Positions 58,985-64,000 of a stretch of 64,000 nt of DNA are shown here, piece after piece. Where the stretch lies: IMG/VR virus record IMGVR_UViG_3300023184_000026, positions 124,001 to 188,000 of that record. One strand, written 5' to 3'. A program made the translations under genes and the position numbers. The notes beneath the pieces were generated by a model. It saw only the letters and a program-made list of their open reading frames with translations, did not search any database and had not been told where the DNA came from. Positions within the stretch are counted from its first letter, which is position 1. Every line of letters begins with the position of its first letter.

Positions 58985-59041
58985 GGTGATTATAAGTATA
59001 AACTACTTGACAAAACATACAGCATATGATTGTATATAATC

Positions 59042-59257
59042 ATGAGTAATAAACTAGATGGTGGCCCAGCATTTCCATTCACAGCAGAATGCGATGAAAC
59101 TAAACCAAATAAGATTTTAAGCACTGGAATGACACTGCGAGATTATTTCGCAGCCAAAGCTATGCAAGCACTATTACAAAGAGGATATGCTCAAGATGAT
59201 GCTACAAAACGAGCATACAACACGGCAGACTCTATGCTAAAAGCAAGACAATCATAA
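59042..59257 (+). CDS. conserved phage hypothetical protein
   Basis: GGPAFP...GMTLRDYFAAKAMQ..AY..ADSML.AR. Confidence 0.75.
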   Translation: MSNKLDGGPAFPFTAECDETKPNKILSTGMTLRDYFAAKAMQALLQRGYAQDDATKRAYNTADSMLKARQS

Positions 59258-59264
59258 ATATAAT

Positions 59265-59588
59265 ATGAACTTTATCAAAAAACTATTTGGCGTAAAAACC
59301 ACGATGATCGGCCCAACTCCAACCACCCCTACTCCTACATACACAATTGGCTGGTCGATATATACAAAGGATGGTACAATTCATTCTCGACAGTATGAAG
59401 ATGTTTCACTTGCACAAAGAATTGAAATCATTGAACTTATAAAAAAAGAAACAGAAGATATGCAAAACATGCTAAACAAAGCAACCAAAGAAGAAATTGA
59501 GTTTGTTAACTTACAAGGAAATGTGTTTAGATTGAGCGATATAACCAAAGTGGCATTTATCAATAATATAGAGAAATCTAAATATTGA
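59265..59588 (+). CDS. hypothetical protein
   Basis: ORF tiles with neighbours. Confidence 0.55.
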   Translation: MNFIKKLFGVKTTMIGPTPTTPTPTYTIGWSIYTKDGTIHSRQYEDVSLAQRIEIIELIKKETEDMQNMLNKATKEEIEFVNLQGNVFRLSDITKVAFINNIEKSKY

Positions 59589-60229
59589 TTATGTATCCAA
59601 CAGGATATAGAACAGGCGACGAAGACGATCAGTGTGACACCACTTACCGAGACTATAAAAATATGTATCCTAAAGACTATAGAGACAATGACATTGGAGA
59701 TGAATATCCCGACAACCGTGGTTATGGTAGTGGATGGCCAAGTGCAGACGTTCCGCCTTGGAATTCTCACGCTCCAATAAACAAACAAACAAACAAACAA
59801 ACAAACAAACATATGGGCGACATGGCAGATTATACATTGGAACAACTGAATTGGGATGTTGAGGATAGCTATGCTGGTGACGGCAGACCACAAACACCAG
59901 AAGGATTCTGGCGTCAAAAAGACGGCACATTTATTGAAATAAAGAAGATGACAGACAGTCATATATCAAATTCTATAGCATTGTGCGAACGCAAAGGATG
60001 CAGTTTTTTGGCTGCTGATTTGGTCTGTGAGCAAATTCGCAGAGAAAAAGTGTTGGATATATACAGACAAAAGCGTGATATAGTATATGCAGCATTTTGT
60101 GCAGGATGGAACTCAGGACATAAATCGGCATATAATGAAGCATATCCAGACGTTGGTCCGGGAGGATTTATTACAACAAAAGAAACTGCTTGGACACAAT
60201 ATAAGAAATCAAATATAAATAAAATCTAG
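59585..60229 (+). CDS. hypothetical protein, possibly two ORFs fused across an (AAAC)8 tract
   Basis: Internal MGDMADY start at 59813 directly after the repeat. Confidence 0.55.
   Translation: MIMYPTGYRTGDEDDQCDTTYRDYKNMYPKDYRDNDIGDEYPDNRGYGSGWPSADVPPWNSHAPINKQTNKQTNKHMGDMADYTLEQLNWDVEDSYAGDGRPQTPEGFWRQKDGTFIEIKKMTDSHISNSIALCERKGCSFLAADLVCEQIRREKVLDIYRQKRDIVYAAFCAGWNSGHKSAYNEAYPDVGPGGFITTKETAWTQYKKSNINKI
59779..59810 (+). repeat. (AAAC)8 simple sequence repeat
   Basis: Counted directly. Confidence 0.95.
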
Positions 60230-60248
60230 GTACCCCACCATCATATAT

Positions 60249-60494
60249 ATGAATGAGTCTAACTCATCAAAAGACCTTATAGATAGTTTGTTGTATGCAG
60301 CTGCACATCCTATATATGACTCTCTCAAGATACAAAGAGAACAAGCTAAAGATGAAGGAAATTTAGAGTATGATAGTAAATATGACGCTTATTATCACAA
60401 ACTTACTAACGAGTGGTTAGAAGAAGTATGCGGTCATAGTGATTGCGAATTTTGCGGTAAAAGACCAGATAAACATATATCCCAGAACATATAA
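60249..60494 (+). CDS. hypothetical protein with C..DC.FC Zn motif
   Basis: YDAYY..WLE.VCGHSDCEFC..RP. Confidence 0.6.
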   Translation: MNESNSSKDLIDSLLYAAAHPIYDSLKIQREQAKDEGNLEYDSKYDAYYHKLTNEWLEEVCGHSDCEFCGKRPDKHISQNI

Positions 60495-60499
60495 ATTTT

Positions 60500-60712
60500 A
60501 TGAATAAACTTAAACTAACTGCTACGATTTTTTGTGTTGTATTTTCTATTTCCATCATTGTTATGGGAGTTGTTTTTAAAGACATATGGCAAGTATTGGC
60601 TGGCGTATATCTGCAACTATATATTATGGAAGTATATGAAAATTATACAACCAAGAGCATAGCAGAAAAACTCAATGATAAATTAATTGATGCTTTAAAC
60701 AACAAGAAGTAA
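60500..60712 (+). CDS. small membrane protein
   Basis: Two hydrophobic segments. Confidence 0.55.
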   Translation: MNKLKLTATIFCVVFSISIIVMGVVFKDIWQVLAGVYLQLYIMEVYENYTTKSIAEKLNDKLIDALNNKK

Positions 60713-60720
60713 TAATATAT

Positions 60721-60990
60721 ATGAAAGCAGACAGCATATATGCTTCATATACAAACAACATATCTAAAAATATAGTGTTGTATTATGATGCAACAAACAG
60801 CAACAGCAACAGCAACATTGCTGCACCAGAAGCAAATGTGTATATACACAAAAATACCAGAACTGTTCAAGAAATAAAAGAATCTTATTATAAACCATAT
60901 GAATATGCACCTAGCAACACATATAAATTTAGTTTTGTAGTGTATATGATTTTGGCATTTATGCTTGTTTTATATATACTTTTTGTATAA
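60721..60990 (+). CDS. hypothetical protein with C-terminal TM helix
   Basis: Hydrophobic C-terminus. Confidence 0.5.
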   Translation: MKADSIYASYTNNISKNIVLYYDATNSNSNSNIAAPEANVYIHKNTRTVQEIKESYYKPYEYAPSNTYKFSFVVYMILAFMLVLYILFV

Positions 60991-61054
60991 AAAAGAAAAA
61001 TGAATAGCATACCATATATATCATATAGAAATTTACACAATATATATATAGAAT

Positions 61055-61222
61055 ATGAGCAACAAAGATAATAAAGAAATATACAAACAATTTGAAAATA
61101 TGGTTCTTGAATATAGCATACTTTCATATGATGCTAAAGTGAAGTATATGAACATGTTGACAGAATGGTATATGCGTGAAAAAGACGCATTGAATAGCAT
61201 ATTATACAAAATCAAAGACTGA
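61055..61222 (+). CDS. hypothetical protein (55 aa)
   Basis: Hand-translated MSNKDNKEIYKQFE... Confidence 0.45.
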   Translation: MSNKDNKEIYKQFENMVLEYSILSYDAKVKYMNMLTEWYMREKDALNSILYKIKD

Positions 61223-61563
61223 ATATTTTATAACACCATATATATGAACTGCATATATATACAAAATGGGACAGATTGGGGCAGATTGTTGCAAAATGAT
61301 ATGTTGCAGAGATGATATATGCAACAAAAATTATAATAAAGAAATATATAATCATCACAACATATGGTGATATACTATAATAGTGAGACTAGTATGAATA
61401 TAATATAATCCACGCCATTTTTGTCAATCTTATTTTTTTCTTATACACTTTTTATATATATTGACAAAAACTTAGGTACCCCCTATATGCATATCAAAAT
61501 AGTTGAACAAAATGTTTGACACATGTTAAAAATCATGTATTGTGTATCTTGTAACCAACAAAT

Positions 61564-61884
61564 ATGGCATATATACAGACCAATAACGAAAAGAAGAACA
61601 GCAACAAGCAGCCCAAAGGCACTATGCCATTGGACAAACTCAAGCAGTTTAAGCTGACTGGTAATCTAGAAGAGCCAGAGATTTATACTACTCATAACAC
61701 AAACAAGATTGCACGTAGTGTGCGAGCATTGGCAGCATATCGTACAAGTGTGCATGGTGTATCTCACACAGGCAAACTGCCAGCATGTCTTCGCAGCACT
61801 GTGCATTATTTTCAAGTGCAGATGCGTCGTAGCGACAGTGACAATAACAAAGATCGCAAAGGTACTGAAGCAGCATCTGTTTAA
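61564..61884 (+). CDS. hypothetical basic protein
   Basis: Preceded by a TTGACA promoter near 61517. Confidence 0.6.
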   Translation: MAYIQTNNEKKNSNKQPKGTMPLDKLKQFKLTGNLEEPEIYTTHNTNKIARSVRALAAYRTSVHGVSHTGKLPACLRSTVHYFQVQMRRSDSDNNKDRKGTEAASV

Positions 61885-61899
61885 AAAATATAATATTTT

Positions 61900-62088
61900 A
61901 TGATTACTAATATAATTGTGTTGATATCTATTATTTTTGTTGCAATTTTTATTGCAGCATACAAAAGCAAACGACAAGTTCCGCCATCTCAGAATGATCA
62001 TGAGCATGATGAACCTGCTGATGCATCTATTATTTCAGAAAATACATCTGATGCGCCAGCAACTGGCAGCATTGAATATAGCAAGTAA
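61900..62088 (+). CDS. small membrane protein
   Basis: N-terminal TM helix. Confidence 0.5.
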   Translation: MITNIIVLISIIFVAIFIAAYKSKRQVPPSQNDHEHDEPADASIISENTSDAPATGSIEYSK

Positions 62089-62125
62089 AATATATAATAT
62101 TTAAAATTTAGGTAGCCAGTATAAT

Positions 62126-62171
62126 AGCATAAATTATGATAGCGTTTTATATCATAATTTATGCTTTTTTT
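62126..62171 (+). terminator. 16-bp perfect hairpin followed by a T-run
   Basis: AGCATAAATTATGATA (62126-62141) / TATCATAATTTATGCT (62150-62165). Confidence 0.65.
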
Positions 62172-62395
62172 GTGCTCAAAACATACTAGGATAATTTAGG
62201 TACCCCCACCTAGCATATATACAGATATGCTATATACAACAGCAACAAAACAAAGTAATATTTAACAGTAATACAAAGTAAAATATTTAGGTACCCCCCC
62301 CCCACTTCTTATATGCTTGACAAACAGCATATAGTGTATATAACTGATAGCGACAAACCAAATATAGGCTAGTCAAACAACTAAACAAAAACAAT

Positions 62396-62794
62396 ATGCT
62401 AAACGTAGTAACAATGGTAGGTAATGTGGTGGCTGATCCATCCAACAGAAGCACAGGAACAGGTAAAAGTGTCAGTACACTTCGCCTTGCGGTTAATAAC
62501 CCACTCAATGATAAAGAAGTACTATTTATCAATGTAGATACATGGGAAAAACAAGCTGAATTCGTTAGTAAGTTTGTGAAGAAAGGCAGCATGGTAAGTG
62601 TTGTTGGACGACTCAAACAAGATGATTGGGAGAAAGATGGTGTTAAGCGTACATCATATGCCATTGTGGCTGAACGAGTCAACTTCATTGGCGGCAAAAA
62701 GAAAGATGATGCTGTTAAAGTTGCTGTTGTAAGTGATCAAAGTGAAGATTTTGATGATGCTGCATTTGCATCTGCGGCTGGTATAAAGAGTTGA
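62396..62794 (+). CDS. ssb: bacterial-type single-stranded DNA-binding protein
   Basis: GNVVADP, LRLAVN, FINVDTW..QAE, KKGS.V.V.GRL, acidic tail. Confidence 0.92.
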   Translation: MLNVVTMVGNVVADPSNRSTGTGKSVSTLRLAVNNPLNDKEVLFINVDTWEKQAEFVSKFVKKGSMVSVVGRLKQDDWEKDGVKRTSYAIVAERVNFIGGKKKDDAVKVAVVSDQSEDFDDAAFASAAGIKS

Positions 62795-62809
62795 TTATCA
62801 AAATGTTAC

Positions 62810-62836
62810 AAAACCCCGATTTTTTCGGGGTTTTTT
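62810..62836 (+). terminator. intrinsic terminator after ssb
   Basis: AAAACCCCGA-TTTTT-TCGGGGTTTTTT. Confidence 0.85.
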
Positions 62837-62842
62837 CTTTAT

Positions 62843-62978
62843 AGCTATATACAGTTTTATACAAGCTATATACAAAATATTATAGCTTATATACTTTTTG
62901 TTATACGCTATATACACTTTTATACAAGCTATATACTTTTTGTTATAGCGTATATACAAAACATTATAGCGTATATAC
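62843..62978 (+). repeat. seven phased copies of (A/C)GC(T/G)TATATAC-like units
   Basis: Starts at 62843, 62864, 62884, 62906, 62927, 62947, 62968. Confidence 0.8.
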
Positions 62979-63158
62979 AATATTATATAGCAAAAATTCG
63001 TTATATAATATGCACTATATAGAGAATATATGTTGTATCAAGAACAATATAGCATATATGGTTTTGTCAAAAAAACCTATATAACAGGGCACCAATTCAA
63101 TTATATATGAAATTTAAAAAATGTCAAACACATAAAAATTTATATCAAAAATTATTTG

Positions 63159-63369
63159 CTCGACTTTTTATAAAAAATAGTTTATAATAACGTATGGGGA
63201 GGAACCCAAAATTTTAAAAAAATTGGAATGAATATTCACGCAATTTGAGCAGCCTCCGGTCCCCCACCCATCGGCCACCCTTTCGGGACTCACCGTAGTT
63301 CGGCTTTTCGGAATCGCTCTCCTACTTCCACCGTGCTTTAATAATGACAGAAATTTATAAAAAGTCGAG
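63159..63369. other. 16-bp inverted repeat (convergent promoter-like elements) flanking a GC-rich non-coding island
   Basis: CTCGACTTTTTATAAA at 63159-63174 and its reverse complement at 63354-63369. Confidence 0.75.
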
Positions 63370-63457
63370 AACAATCAGCCATGTGTGTGCCAACCAACAT
63401 CACTTTTTTCAACGATTGTTCTCGCTTTTTCTATAAAAAGTAGTCAGTGTTGGCAGC

Positions 63458-64000
63458 ATGAATTCACGAGAAACCGCCATGCTGCACTTTGCGCAGGTCT
63501 ACACCGGACAGCCGTTCACTGGCACGCAGGTTGAACGTGAGCTTATCATGATGATGCTCACCAACAGCCAAGGCAGCGTTGGGCTTGAAGAGGCACTTTG
63601 TGGCATCTTGAACCTCCAGCAAACGGTATCAAAGCATGGGTTTGACGCCATTGACACCGCGACCAACGTGCGATATGAACTCAAGCCAACCATGCAGCAC
63701 AAGCCCACGGCACGCTACAATGACGTGACGCCAAAGAAGATTCATGAGATGAATCAATGTGAGAACATTGTGGTGTTTGAAGCTCATTGTGACGGAAGAA
63801 TGATTTTTCTTGCCAAAGTGAATGGAAAGCATGTTGCAACATTGCTGCAAGAAAAATTCATTGCTCGCCAGAAATCAATTGAAGCTAACAAAAACAAAGG
63901 CACTCGCCAAAGCCACGGCATTTATTTGAACGAGATTGTTGAACGATTTGGAAAAAATTCTGTTGATGTTGTTTACTATTTTCCAAATAACAAGTTTCAC
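63458..64000 (+). CDS. PD-(D/E)XK restriction-endonuclease-like protein (3'-truncated, absent from the ORF track)
   Basis: Hand translation: LEEAL...KHGFDAID...RYELK; promoter-like element at 63422. Confidence 0.6.
   Translation, partial: MNSRETAMLHFAQVYTGQPFTGTQVERELIMMMLTNSQGSVGLEEALCGILNLQQTVSKHGFDAIDTATNVRYELKPTMQHKPTARYNDVTPKKIHEMNQCENIVVFEAHCDGRMIFLAKVNGKHVATLLQEKFIARQKSIEANKNKGTRQSHGIYLNEIVERFGKNSVDVVYYFPNNKFH

Noticed and set aside
1-64000. tRNA/rRNA genes and stop-codon reassignment
   Set aside because: No cloverleaf with T-loop GTTCRA context noticed by eye (tRNAscan would be decisive); genes tile densely under the standard code and end in TAA, TGA and TAG
1-64000. Eukaryotic giant virus or bacterial chromosome origin
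   Set aside because: Sigma70-like promoters, ATGA translational coupling and bacterial SSB argue against an NCLDV; many short orphan ORFs, free-standing homing endonucleases and no housekeeping operons argue against a chromosome

Overview
AT-rich, densely coding 64-kb segment of a large (probably jumbo) tailed dsDNA bacteriophage. It reads in the standard genetic code, with mostly + strand genes often coupled by ATGA overlaps. No capsid, portal, terminase, tRNA, rRNA or CRISPR was seen. Contents: (i) a glycan module (RfbH-type NDP-sugar 3-dehydratase, epimerase, six GT-like genes, and a distal TibC/Aah-like heptosyltransferase); (ii) DNA/nucleotide metabolism (Pif1-like and SF2 helicases, dUTPase, GMP reductase, ThyX, ATP-dependent ligase, SSB); (iii) four homing-endonuclease-like genes; (iv) probable late/virion cargo genes (MKKSELKALIKEV family, 2H phosphoesterase, DUF5661-like, 1110-aa RCC1/BNR protein); (v) a 1207-aa secreted-type Zn-peptidase/Ig protein whose C-terminus resembles Opitutae (Verrucomicrobiota) proteins, a possible host clue; (vi) a DUF6745-like gene pair surrounded by four free-standing xQLx tetrad-repeat paralogs; (vii) heme oxygenase plus a ferredoxin-dependent bilin reductase; (viii) a five-gene fragmented nuclease/helicase/methyltransferase RM-like cluster; (ix) an origin-like region with 21-bp-phased repeats, a dispersed TAGGTACCCC motif and convergent promoters around a GC-rich island. 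Two promoter classes recur: sigma70-like TTGAC with a TATAAAAA spacer box, and a TAyTTATA motif. Family names come from motif recognition and recall only; no database search was run.
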